From Tubulanus polymorphus (Eukaryota; Animalia; Nemertea): a stretch of DNA of 64,000 nucleotides. The notes beneath the pieces were generated by a model, which saw nothing but the letters and a program-made list of their open reading frames with translations, searched no databases and was not told where the DNA came from. Shown here piece by piece: positions 52,177 through 62,362 of the stretch; position 1 is the first letter of the stretch, and every line of letters begins with the position of its first letter. A program made the translations under genes and the position numbers. The stretch spans positions 10,820,485-10,884,484 of the forward strand of contig NC_134027.1 of assembly GCF_964204645.1 (NCBI RefSeq). Direction: 5' to 3'.

Positions 52177-53464
52177 CTCGCCTGGGCTTAATTAAGTGCC
52201 TGTCCTCAGGTACTTCACAAAGGAAACCATCATGTCTCGCAACAAAAATAAAGAAATCACACGCACAAAATATTCAATTCAATTCAAATCCTTGAGGGAT
52301 GGAAATCGAAAAAAAAACATTACGGACATGACAATTGCTTTGGACTATACACACGATTCCGCTAATCCTCGATACAATTAACTATATACAGTGCTTCTCT
52401 GTTGAAGGCAAAACCAAAAATCTAGAACCTAGTCTTAAATCTGACATCCAAAATCAGTCAATAATTTGAACGCACTTCAACAGATACCGCCTAAACCTAA
52501 AACCGGGGCATTATTCCGCCCTCCCTTTTTCTTATCAGAAGAGGGTAAACTCCTGCTTTTCTGTGCTGGAGTGTAGTCTCCAGAGGAAACCAATACATTT
52601 ATCCGTCAGCAATTCCAATAGAACTGGACGTTCCAACTCCCTACTCGACACGTGGATCATCCTGGTTCATCCCATCGTGGACTTCGATGTGGGAACTGGT
52701 ACATCTCATTCCTTGGTAATCAGCGTTGGTTGGTCATCAGCTCCTGGTATTTTGGTCAGCAGTCGCGCGCGCATGTCAAGTAGAGCCTACCATGCATCCC
52801 AAACTGGATATAGACTTTGTCCAGGAAGGGGACGGATTGGAATAAATGTATAGGTGACCATTCTAGCCCTAACCTAAGAGGATCAGCTTTTCTAAAATTA
52901 ATCAATCTTCTGTTGCGTCTATTGTAACAGTGTCCCTGAAAGCAAAAGAACAAAAGCCAATTCTCTGTGCATGGAAGTTCGACCGATACCATTACTGAAT
53001 GAATGATTTAATGAGTTTTAATCTGTACAATCGTTCCTCCAAAAATTTTCCTACAACGCCTGGGCTTTTATGGTTAACTATATCCTAAGCAATCGACTAT
53101 TTACAATGACCGCCCATCTTACAACACAAAAATCCACTCTTGGCTCTATCCTATACCTCATACCTCAATAAATTTCTACCTGAACTCTATTTTTAATATT
53201 TATCTCGACTATTTACATCTGACTCCCCCGCCTGGGCTTTTTTAAATTAGACATGCCCACATGTCTAGACATAGACTATTTTCCCTAGCCCCGGGTCCGA
53301 GTTCAACACGTGGTACCGGTACGTATGACTGGGGTGCCCATAATGTTCCTTTACGCACAGGGTCACTGCCATCACACCCTCCGCTTATCACAACTTGATT
53401 TCTGTTAAATACACTACCCACTTGCTTTTCACGACTATTTACAACGATATCCCTACTGATCTAA

Positions 53465-54739
53465 TTAACTTTTAATACGGCTCCTGTGGTACGTATGACT
53501 GGGGTGCCCATAATGCTTCTTGAGCACAGGGTCACTGCAATCACACATCCTACTAACCACAACTTTGTCACGCAACGGTGGAGGTTTCCCTCGAAGGTGA
53601 CCCTTATCTCTTTTAACTCCAACCCGGTTCCGATATCTGCATTCTACTGGCCCGATATGTTTTACCCCAGGTTTAAACACACTTGTATATTGGTGCGAAT
53701 GCTCCACAGAACTAATACGAGGGACAAGGGCAACGTCATTACACTGCTCAACTCCAGTGAGACCTAATCCCTCCTGGGCACCAGCTGAACTTTCGACCAA
53801 AGCGGTATCCGGATCATATACTCCCAGATCACGAATATCATTCAACACAATTTTATTCCTAGCAGATAAATCTAGGGGCTCATCTGTCAAGCCAATGCAA
53901 GTTATACAATTATCAATATTGTTACAATCACTTTCAACTTCATGAACACGCAGATCTAACGGATTATCACTAATGGAACTAATCGATCCGTCATTAAGAT
54001 CCTTTTTACAACCGATATCAGATTTACGAACTGACAAATCTAAAGGTACATCAAGCATTTCTTGACCAGAATGCATACATAGTACATGGACAACCTTTTT
54101 CGACCTACTGATTGATAAATCTAACGGCTCATTAATTTTAACAGTTTCCTTCGTAATCTCTGTATTTTTACTCATTTTCCCTGACCTATCTACATACAAA
54201 TGTCCAATCAAACTCGAATGATCTACCTTCCTAAATTTCTCTTGATCTATCACATCATTCCCGACTATTTCATACGATTTTCTATCAGCCTCTCCCGTCA
54301 ACGACTCAGTAATGCTGACGTCATCCGTCTGAGTGCTGATACTCTCAGTACTGTGTCCCCTAGACTTAAGTACAACCCCTGACGTATGGTCATCCAACCC
54401 AAGCTTCCATCCTACAGAGTCCTGAAGTACTGAAGTTCCTACCCCCACTGATTGGGGATCCTCAGCCTTCCCTGGATTCTCCAAATGTGCGTCCCTTTGG
54501 ACCGCACACGATTTATGGACAGCTTGCTGGCCTACCACCTGATCAGTTCTGGGCCCTTTCAGTACTGACGCCTGGTTCTGGACACCGGAGGAATCTTTCC
54601 CGGGCATCGGAATCTTTCCTCTCCTGAGCTCAACACAATTATTAAAACTAGCATGATTATTATGGTTATTAGATAAATACTTCCTTTTAATAGGCTGCTC
54701 AGGCCTTCGCCCGTCAGACTGAGCAGTTACTGAAAACCC
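53465..54739 (-). CDS. ORF2, -1 frame extension of Gag; mostly disordered-looking protein with 4 PLDL(S/R) motifs
   Basis: Open frame to 54781 overlaps the gag 3' end in the -1 frame and has no ATG at its 5' end. No protease, RT, RNase H or integrase motif recognised. Confidence 0.8.
   Translation of the reverse strand, partial: GFSVTAQSDGRRPEQPIKRKYLSNNHNNHASFNNCVELRRGKIPMPGKDSSGVQNQASVLKGPRTDQVVGQQAVHKSCAVQRDAHLENPGKAEDPQSVGVGTSVLQDSVGWKLGLDDHTSGVVLKSRGHSTESISTQTDDVSITESLTGEADRKSYEIVGNDVIDQEKFRKVDHSSLIGHLYVDRSGKMSKNTEITKETVKINEPLDLSISRSKKVVHVLCMHSGQEMLDVPLDLSVRKSDIGCKKDLNDGSISSISDNPLDLRVHEVESDCNNIDNCITCIGLTDEPLDLSARNKIVLNDIRDLGVYDPDTALVESSAGAQEGLGLTGVEQCNDVALVPRISSVEHSHQYTSVFKPGVKHIGPVECRYRNRVGVKRDKGHLRGKPPPLRDKVVVSRMCDCSDPVLKKHYGHPSHTYHRSRIKS
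54695..54739 (-). promoter_or_regulatory. -1 programmed ribosomal frameshift signal
   Basis: Gag frame reads TCG GGT TTT CAG TAA, giving a G_GGU_UUU heptamer (54739-54733), a 6-nt spacer CAGTAA, then CTGCTCAG-16 nt-CTGAGCAG (perfect 8-bp stem). Confidence 0.8.
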
Positions 54740-56325
54740 GACTCGGTCCCGGAAGGAACTGAAACTACATTTTGTGTACAATCACGGTAACCATGACCGA
54801 TCTGTTGACACCGATAGCAACGCAAAGTTTTTTGAGGACGGGACCTCATCTCAGGATGGCTATTTGTCCACTGAGACGCCACAGCAGCAATCGGAGGTCT
54901 TTGGCTTCTCGTGCTGTAAGATGGCACCTCAGGAACAGCCATATCCCTTACGCGAGCCTGAACTTTTGCCTGAATGAAAGTTCTAGGTCGTACGGTCATC
55001 AAGTGAGCCTTTAGCTCCGACCGCAGACCCTTAACAAAATATTCGATGTGTGATTCTTCTGAACCACCGACAATCTCGAAATATTTTTCCATCACGGAGA
55101 TATACGCCTCTAACGATTCACCAGGCATTTGCCTGCGTTTTTCCATTTTAGCTTTTTCCGTATATCTCCAACTTTCATCATTAAATTCGGCCATCAAAAC
55201 ATCTTTCGCAATTAAATAATTCGACTGATCCTCTAACGATAACTTTCTAAATATGGCTAATGCCCGACCTTCTAAATAAAACGATAAGGTTGTCGCGTAA
55301 TCACTGTCAGTGTACCTAGCGTAACGTTCGACCTGATATAGGAACTCTCCGAGACGTTCGCGCTGAGTTCCTGAAAATTTCATCGGCTTCGGGATATCTT
55401 TCATGCGATGAACGCGATCCTGGATCTCTCGCATATCCCGAACCGTAACTGGTCGATTTTCAAAACGATCGCAGTCAACCGTAGCCGGCACGCGTTCGTT
55501 ATACCGCTCAGATATAACCGATCTGGGCCGAACCGGTCCTGCTACATGTGAATGACCAACATTCTGAGGGGGTTGACCGACCAAAGACGCCTGTTGACTA
55601 GGTGGCGGCACCTGCGCACCCATGACCTGTCGTGATCCAGAGGACCACGGAACGTGCGCATTACCCATATGTGTTGGCTGATTTTGTGGCGAGTATCTTT
55701 GATCGTAGCCATAATCTGCGGTCGGCAGTACTGGGGCACTGTTTAAATGTGCCAACTGATTTACCGGCGGGTAATGATTCGGTTGATTATAACCCTGATC
55801 AACCGGCCCTAATTGAGCCATGGCCTTAGCCAATGTGGCTTGATCAAGAGGCCGATCATCCTCGTGATATCCACTCGGACCTTCACTCATCCTCTGGTGA
55901 ACCTCTCCCCCTTGTAACTGGGCAGAAGGTCCCCTCTGCGCTGAACGTACAGCTCGCGAGCGAGTGCGCGTACCAGACACCGAATTTCTAGCCCCGGAGG
56001 GAACAGTGTCTGATCCGCCACCCTGCCTGTCCCGCACGTACGTCACTGCCTGACACAGGACATCCAAATTATGCATTTGCCACATTTCCTGAGGAACATT
56101 AATCGAACCATCAGCCCTGACTGAAACACCCTGTGGCAAAGATCCCCTCGAATTCCTGCCAGATCCTACCCTTGAAGAACCTTGCCTTGCCCCCTGATGG
56201 ATCGGCATAAGCGGAATATTACGCGGCCGAAACTCGTACATATAATCCGAACAGCTAGATAAAGAACTAACTGAATCACTATCAGATTCATAATCGACCA
56301 AAGCATTAAATGATGTATAAGCCAT
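54727..56325 (-). CDS. gag: Gag (Ty3/Gypsy-like capsid plus CCHC zinc knuckle) with long N-terminal extension
   Basis: PMKFSG...FLYQVERY...YLEGRALAIF, RQMPGESLEAYI, FVKGLRSELK capsid motifs and CYRCQQIGHGYRDC knuckle. First ATG at 56325. Confidence 0.92.
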   Translation of the reverse strand: MAYTSFNALVDYESDSDSVSSLSSCSDYMYEFRPRNIPLMPIHQGARQGSSRVGSGRNSRGSLPQGVSVRADGSINVPQEMWQMHNLDVLCQAVTYVRDRQGGGSDTVPSGARNSVSGTRTRSRAVRSAQRGPSAQLQGGEVHQRMSEGPSGYHEDDRPLDQATLAKAMAQLGPVDQGYNQPNHYPPVNQLAHLNSAPVLPTADYGYDQRYSPQNQPTHMGNAHVPWSSGSRQVMGAQVPPPSQQASLVGQPPQNVGHSHVAGPVRPRSVISERYNERVPATVDCDRFENRPVTVRDMREIQDRVHRMKDIPKPMKFSGTQRERLGEFLYQVERYARYTDSDYATTLSFYLEGRALAIFRKLSLEDQSNYLIAKDVLMAEFNDESWRYTEKAKMEKRRQMPGESLEAYISVMEKYFEIVGGSEESHIEYFVKGLRSELKAHLMTVRPRTFIQAKVQARVRDMAVPEVPSYSTRSQRPPIAAVASQWTNSHPEMRSRPQKTLRCYRCQQIGHGYRDCTQNVVSVPSGTESGFQ

Positions 56326-56494
56326 TTCTATCAATAAATAAAATCTCTAACTCAAGTTAACAATAAAAATATACGACAAATTCCCTGTATATACCTAGCA
56401 CAAGAATATATAGACTATAAATCTAAACCGAATTCTAACGAAAAGAGCACCGTAGGTTCGAACCGTTTAGAATTCAGCTAAAAAGAGAATTTAA

Positions 56495-56509
56495 CACGTT
56501 GGGGCGCCA
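56495..56509 (-). promoter_or_regulatory. primer binding site, tRNA-Lys(CUU)-like
   Basis: TGGCGCCCCAACGTG begins 1 nt after the LTR end. The known Lys1,2 PBS starts TGGCGCCCAACGTG; this copy has one extra C. Confidence 0.8.
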
Positions 56510-56510
56510 G

Positions 56511-57269
56511 TGAAACGATCTTCAGTGTCGTTCGATCTTAGTGGTCGTCGCTTTCGCTACGATAACTCTGAGTGAAACGGTTTAGTATATATTTCTTACC
56601 TATCGGTATCTCTTGCTACCGATAACCTATTTGTAGACGATTTCCCTAGCTCCTAGAATCCGGGATATAAAAAGTATACTTAACTTAACTCAGCAGTTTG
56701 CCTTTATCTGGTATACTATGATATATGTTTATTCCATTATCCGATATATAATTTCTTCTATGGTGTGGCTACAATCCTATAGTCGACCCGTCTGATCCAG
56801 ATCCAACCCCTCGGCTAATCTCCCGTACGATTCCGATCTGATCTCTCGGTTCTCCTCTCTCTACTACTCTACTAGTTCCCGTTCTCCTCTCTTACTTGGT
56901 CTCGTTCTCCCCGAATCTACTCAACTAACCCTTTTTATCCCCAGAATATCACCCCAAGTCTCAATCCCCTTCCATTGGTTAATTACTAAATAAACTCCCC
57001 AACATTCTATACAATTATATAACTAAAATACTCTACAAGTAGCGAGATCGCCACTCAAGATCATGGTCTAACCAATGTTTATATAATAATAAGCCTAATG
57101 GATACTAACTAAGAATTGGAACAATGAAGCCTAAAGATGCCAGTTTGAAGGGTCTTGAATGTCGATCTACACTAAATGTCATAAACACAGCAGATGTTCT
57201 GCCCTAAAGTTACATGAAAATATTTTATAAACAGCATTACTATTTAGCCAAAATAGCTACATCGTAACA
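56511..57269 (-). repeat. shared internal LTR 2
   Basis: Near-identical to 51417-52176, with a few substitutions and a 1-nt indel. Confidence 0.92.
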
Positions 57270-58557
57270 CTCGCCTGGGCTTAATTAAGTGCCTGTCCTC
57301 AGGTACTTCACAAAGGAAACCATCATGTCTCGCAACAAAAATAAAGAAATCACACGCACAAAATATTCAATTCAATTCAAATCCTTGAGGGATGGAAATC
57401 GAAAAAAAAACATTACGGACATGACAATTGCTTTGGACTATACACACGATTCCGCTAATCCTCGATACAATTAACTATATACAGTGCTTCTCTGTTGAAG
57501 GCAAAACCAAAAATCTAGAACCTAGTCTTAAATCTGACATCCAAAATCAGTCAATAATTTGAACGCACTTCAACAGATACCGCCTAAACCTAAAACCGGG
57601 GCATTACTCCGCCCTCCTTTTTTCTTATCAGAAGAGGGTAAACTCCTGCTTTTCTGTGCTGGAGTGTAGTCTCCAGAGGAAACCAATACATTTATCCGTC
57701 AGCAATTCCAATAGAACTGGACGTTCCAACTCCCTACTCGACACGTGGATCATCCTGGTTCATCCCATCGTGGACTTCGATGTGGGAACTGGTACATCTC
57801 ATTCCTTGGTAATCAGCGTTGGTTGGTCATCAGCTCCTGGTATTTTGGTCAGCAGTCGCGCGCGCATGTCAAGTAGAGCCTACCATGCATCCCAAACTGG
57901 ATATAGACTTTGTCCAGGAAGGGGACGGATTGGAATAAATGTATAGGTGACCATTCTAGCCCTAACCTAAGAGGATCAGCTTTTCTAAAATTAATCAATC
58001 TTCTGTTGCGTCTATTGTAACAGTGTCCCTGAAAGCAAAAGAACAAAAGCCAATTCTCTGTGCATGGAAGTTCGACCGATACCATTACTGAATGAATGAT
58101 TTAATGAGTTTTAATCTGTACAATCGTTCCTCCAAAAATTTTCCTACAACGCCTGGGCTTTTATGGTTAACTATATCCTAAGCAATCGACTATTTACAAT
58201 GACCGCCCATCTTACAACACAAAAATCCACTCTTGGCTCTATCCTATACCTCATACCTCAATAAATTTCTACCTGAACTCTATTTTTAATATTTATCTCG
58301 ACTATTTACATCTGACTCCCCCGCCTGGGCTTTTTTAAATTAGACATGCCCACATGTCTAGACATAGACTATTTTCCCTAGCCCCGGGTCCGAGTTCAAC
58401 ACGTGGTACCGGTACGTATGACTGGGGTGCCCATAATGTTCCTTTACGCACAGGGTCACTGCCATCACACCCTCCGCTTATCACAACTTGATTTCTGTTA
58501 AATACACTACCCACTTGCTTTTCACGACTATTTACAACGATATCCCTACTGATCTAA

Positions 58558-59832
58558 TTAACTTTTAATACGGCTCCTGTGGTACGTATGACTGGGGTGC
58601 CCATAATGCTTCTTGAGCACAGGGTCACTGCAATCACACATCCTACTAACCACAACTTTGTCACGCAACGGTGGAGGTTTCCCTCGAAGGTGACCCTTAT
58701 CTCTTTTAACTCCAACCCGGTTCCGATATCTGCATTCTACTGGCCCGATATGTTTTACCCCAGGTTTAAACACACTTGTATATTGGTGCGAATGCTCCAC
58801 AGAACTAATACGAGGGACAAGGGCAACGTCATTACACTGCTCAACTCCAGTGAGACCTAATCCCTCCTGGGCACCAGCTGAACTTTCGACCAAAGCGGTA
58901 TCCGGATCATATACTCCCAGATCACGAATATCATTCAACACAATTTTATTCCTAGCAGATAAATCTAGGGGCTCATCTGTCAAGCCAATGCAAGTTATAC
59001 AATTATCAATATTGTTACAATCACTTTCAACTTCATGAACACGCAGATCTAACGGATTATCACTAATGGAACTAATCGATCCGTCATTAAGATCCTTTTT
59101 ACAACCGATATCAGATTTACGAACTGACAAATCTAAAGGTACATCAAGCATTTCTTGACCAGAATGCATACATAGTACATGGACAACCTTTTTCGACCTA
59201 CTGATTGATAAATCTAACGGCTCATTAATTTTAACAGTTTCCTTCGTAATCTCTGTATTTTTACTCATTTTCCCTGACCTATCTACATACAAATGTCCAA
59301 TCAAACTCGAATGATCTACCTTCCTAAATTTCTCTTGATCTATCACATCATTCCCGACTATTTCATACGATTTTCTATCAGCCTCTCCCGTCAACGACTC
59401 AGTAATGCTGACGTCATCCGTCTGAGTGCTGATACTCTCAGTACTGTGTCCCCTAGACTTAAGTACAACCCCTGACGTATGGTCATCCAACCCAAGCTTC
59501 CATCCTACAGAGTCCTGAAGTACTGAAGTTCCTACCCCCACTGATTGGGGATCCTCAGCCTTCCCTGGATTCTCCAAATGTGCGTCCCTTTGGACCGCAC
59601 ACGATTTATGGACAGCTTGCTGGCCTACCACCTGATCAGTTCTGGGCCCTTTCAGTACTGACGCCTGGTTCTGGACACCGGAGGAATCTTTCCCGGGCAT
59701 CGGAATCTTTCCTCTCCTGAGCTCAACACAATTATTAAAACTAGCATGATTATTATGGTTATTAGATAAATACTTCCTTTTAATAGGCTGCTCAGGCCTT
59801 CGCCCGTCAGACTGAGCAGTTACTGAAAACCC
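58558..59832 (-). CDS. ORF2 (PLDLS-repeat protein), copy 2
   Basis: Same translation as copy 1; slippery site at 59832-59826. Confidence 0.8.
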   Translation of the reverse strand, partial: GFSVTAQSDGRRPEQPIKRKYLSNNHNNHASFNNCVELRRGKIPMPGKDSSGVQNQASVLKGPRTDQVVGQQAVHKSCAVQRDAHLENPGKAEDPQSVGVGTSVLQDSVGWKLGLDDHTSGVVLKSRGHSTESISTQTDDVSITESLTGEADRKSYEIVGNDVIDQEKFRKVDHSSLIGHLYVDRSGKMSKNTEITKETVKINEPLDLSISRSKKVVHVLCMHSGQEMLDVPLDLSVRKSDIGCKKDLNDGSISSISDNPLDLRVHEVESDCNNIDNCITCIGLTDEPLDLSARNKIVLNDIRDLGVYDPDTALVESSAGAQEGLGLTGVEQCNDVALVPRISSVEHSHQYTSVFKPGVKHIGPVECRYRNRVGVKRDKGHLRGKPPPLRDKVVVSRMCDCSDPVLKKHYGHPSHTYHRSRIKS

Positions 59833-61418
59833 GACTCGGTCCCGGAAGGAACTGAAACTACATTTTGTGTACAATCACGGTAACCATGACCGATCTGTTG
59901 ACACCGATAGCAACGCAAAGTTTTTTGAGGACGGGACCTCATCTCAGGATGGCTATTTGTCCACTGAGACGCCACAGCAGCAATCGGAGGTCTTTGGCTT
60001 CTCGTGCTGTAAGATGGCACCTCAGGAACAGCCATATCCCTTACGCGAGCCTGAACTTTTGCCTGAATGAAAGTTCTAGGTCGTACGGTCATCAAGTGAG
60101 CCTTTAGCTCCGACCGCAGACCCTTAACAAAATATTCGATGTGTGATTCTTCTGAACCACCGACAATCTCGAAATATTTTTCCATCACGGAGATATACGC
60201 CTCTAACGATTCACCAGGCATTTGCCTGCGTTTTTCCATTTTAGCTTTTTCCGTATATCTCCAACTTTCATCATTAAATTCGGCCATCAAAACATCTTTC
60301 GCAATTAAATAATTCGACTGATCCTCTAACGATAACTTTCTAAATATGGCTAATGCCCGACCTTCTAAATAAAACGATAAGGTTGTCGCGTAATCACTGT
60401 CAGTGTACCTAGCGTAACGTTCGACCTGATATAGGAACTCTCCGAGACGTTCGCGCTGAGTTCCTGAAAACTTCATCGGCTTCGGGATATCTTTCATGCG
60501 ATGAACGCGATCCTGGATCTCTCGCATATCCCGAACCGTAACTGGTCGATTTTCAAAACGATCGCAGTCAACCGTAGCCGGCACGCGTTCGTTATACCGC
60601 TCAGATATAACCGATCTGGGCCGAACCGGTCCTGCTACATGTGAATGACCAACATTCTGAGGGGGTTGACCGACCAAAGACGCCTGTTGACTAGGTGGCG
60701 GCACCTGCGCACCCATGACCTGTCGTGATCCAGAGGACCACGGAACGTGCGCATTACCCATATGTGTTGGCTGATTTTGTGGCGAGTATCTTTGATCGTA
60801 GCCATAATCTGCGGTCGGCAGTACTGGGGCACTGTTTAAATGTGCCAACTGATTTACCGGCGGGTAATGATTCGGTTGATTATAACCCTGATCAACCGGC
60901 CCTAATTGAGCCATGGCCTTAGCCAATGTGGCTTGATCAAGAGGCCGATCATCCTCGTGATATCCACTCGGACCTTCACTCATCCTCTGGTGAACCTCTC
61001 CCCCTTGTAACTGGGCAGAAGGTCCCCTCTGCGCTGAACGTACAGCTCGCGAGCGAGTGCGCGTACCAGACACCGAATTTCTAGCCCCGGAGGGAACAGT
61101 GTCTGATCCGCCACCCTGCCTGTCCCGCACGTACGTCACTGCCTGACACAGGACATCCAAATTATGCATTTGCCACATTTCCTGAGGAACATTAATCGAA
61201 CCATCAGCCCTGACTGAAACACCCTGTGGCAAAGATCCCCTCGAATTCCTGCCAGATCCTACCCTTGAAGAACCTTGCCTTGCCCCCTGATGGATCGGCA
61301 TAAGCGGAATATTACGCGGCCGAAACTCGTACATATAATCCGAACAGCTAGATAAAGAACTAACTGAATCACTATCAGATTCATAATCGACCAAAGCATT
61401 AAATGATGTATAAGCCAT
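59820..61418 (-). CDS. gag: Gag, copy 2
   Basis: Same translation as copy 1. Confidence 0.92.
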   Translation of the reverse strand: MAYTSFNALVDYESDSDSVSSLSSCSDYMYEFRPRNIPLMPIHQGARQGSSRVGSGRNSRGSLPQGVSVRADGSINVPQEMWQMHNLDVLCQAVTYVRDRQGGGSDTVPSGARNSVSGTRTRSRAVRSAQRGPSAQLQGGEVHQRMSEGPSGYHEDDRPLDQATLAKAMAQLGPVDQGYNQPNHYPPVNQLAHLNSAPVLPTADYGYDQRYSPQNQPTHMGNAHVPWSSGSRQVMGAQVPPPSQQASLVGQPPQNVGHSHVAGPVRPRSVISERYNERVPATVDCDRFENRPVTVRDMREIQDRVHRMKDIPKPMKFSGTQRERLGEFLYQVERYARYTDSDYATTLSFYLEGRALAIFRKLSLEDQSNYLIAKDVLMAEFNDESWRYTEKAKMEKRRQMPGESLEAYISVMEKYFEIVGGSEESHIEYFVKGLRSELKAHLMTVRPRTFIQAKVQARVRDMAVPEVPSYSTRSQRPPIAAVASQWTNSHPEMRSRPQKTLRCYRCQQIGHGYRDCTQNVVSVPSGTESGFQ

Positions 61419-61587
61419 TTCTATCAATAAATAAAATCTCTAACTCAAGTTAACAATAAAAATATACGACAAATTCCCTGTATATACCTAGCACAAGAAT
61501 ATATAGACTATAAATCTAAACCGAATTCTAACGAAAAGAGCACCGTAGGTTCGAACCGTTTAGAATTCAGCTAAAAAGAGAATTTAA

Positions 61588-61602
61588 CACGTTGGGGCGC
61601 CA
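61588..61602 (-). promoter_or_regulatory. primer binding site, copy 2
   Basis: TGGCGCCCCAACGTG adjacent to LTR 3. Confidence 0.8.
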
Positions 61603-61603
61603 G

Positions 61604-62362
61604 TGAAACGATCTTCAGTGTCGTTCGATCTTAGTGGTCGTCGCTTTCGCTACGATAACTCTGAGTGAAACGGTTTAGTATATATTTCTTACCTATCGGT
61701 ATCTCTTGCTACCGATAACCTATTTGTAGACGATTTCCCTAGCTCCTAGAATCCGGGATATAAAAAGTATACTTAACTTAACTCAGCAGTTTGCCTTTAT
61801 CTGGTATACTATGATATATGTTTATTCCATTATCCGATATATAATTTCTTCTATGGTGTGGCTACAATCCTATAGTCGACCCGTCTGATCCAGATCCAAC
61901 CCCTCGGCTAATCTCCCGTACGATTCCGATCTGATCTCTCGGTTCTCCTCTCTCTACTACTCTACTAGTTCCCGTTCTCCTCTCTTACTTGGTCTCGTTC
62001 TCCCCGAATCTACTCAACTAACCCTTTTTATCCCCAGAATATCACCCCAAGTCTCAATCCCCTTCCATTGGTTAATTACTAAATAAACTCCCCAACATTC
62101 TATACAATTATATAACTAAAATACTCTACAAGTAGCGAGATCGCCACTCAAGATCATGGTCTAACCAATGTTTATATAATAATAAGCCTAATGGATACTA
62201 ACTAAGAATTGGAACAATGAAGCCTAAAGATGCCAGTTTGAAGGGTCTTGAATGTCGATCTACACTAAATGTCATAAACACAGCAGATGTTCTGCCCTAA
62301 AGTTACATGAAAATATTTTATAAACAGCATTACTATTTAGCCAAAATAGCTACATCGTAACA
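61604..62362 (-). repeat. shared internal LTR 3
   Basis: Matches LTR 2. Confidence 0.92.

Noticed and set aside
52196-52853. plus-strand ORFs in the retroelement (61 aa, 96 aa) and antisense ORFs over gag/ORF2
   Set aside because: They are short, often start at GTG/TTG and have no motifs; they recur only because the unit is repeated.
53465-54781. ORF2 as pol or env
   Set aside because: No D(T/S)G protease in a hydrophobic context, no YxDD, no HHCC/DDE, and no signal peptide or transmembrane segment.
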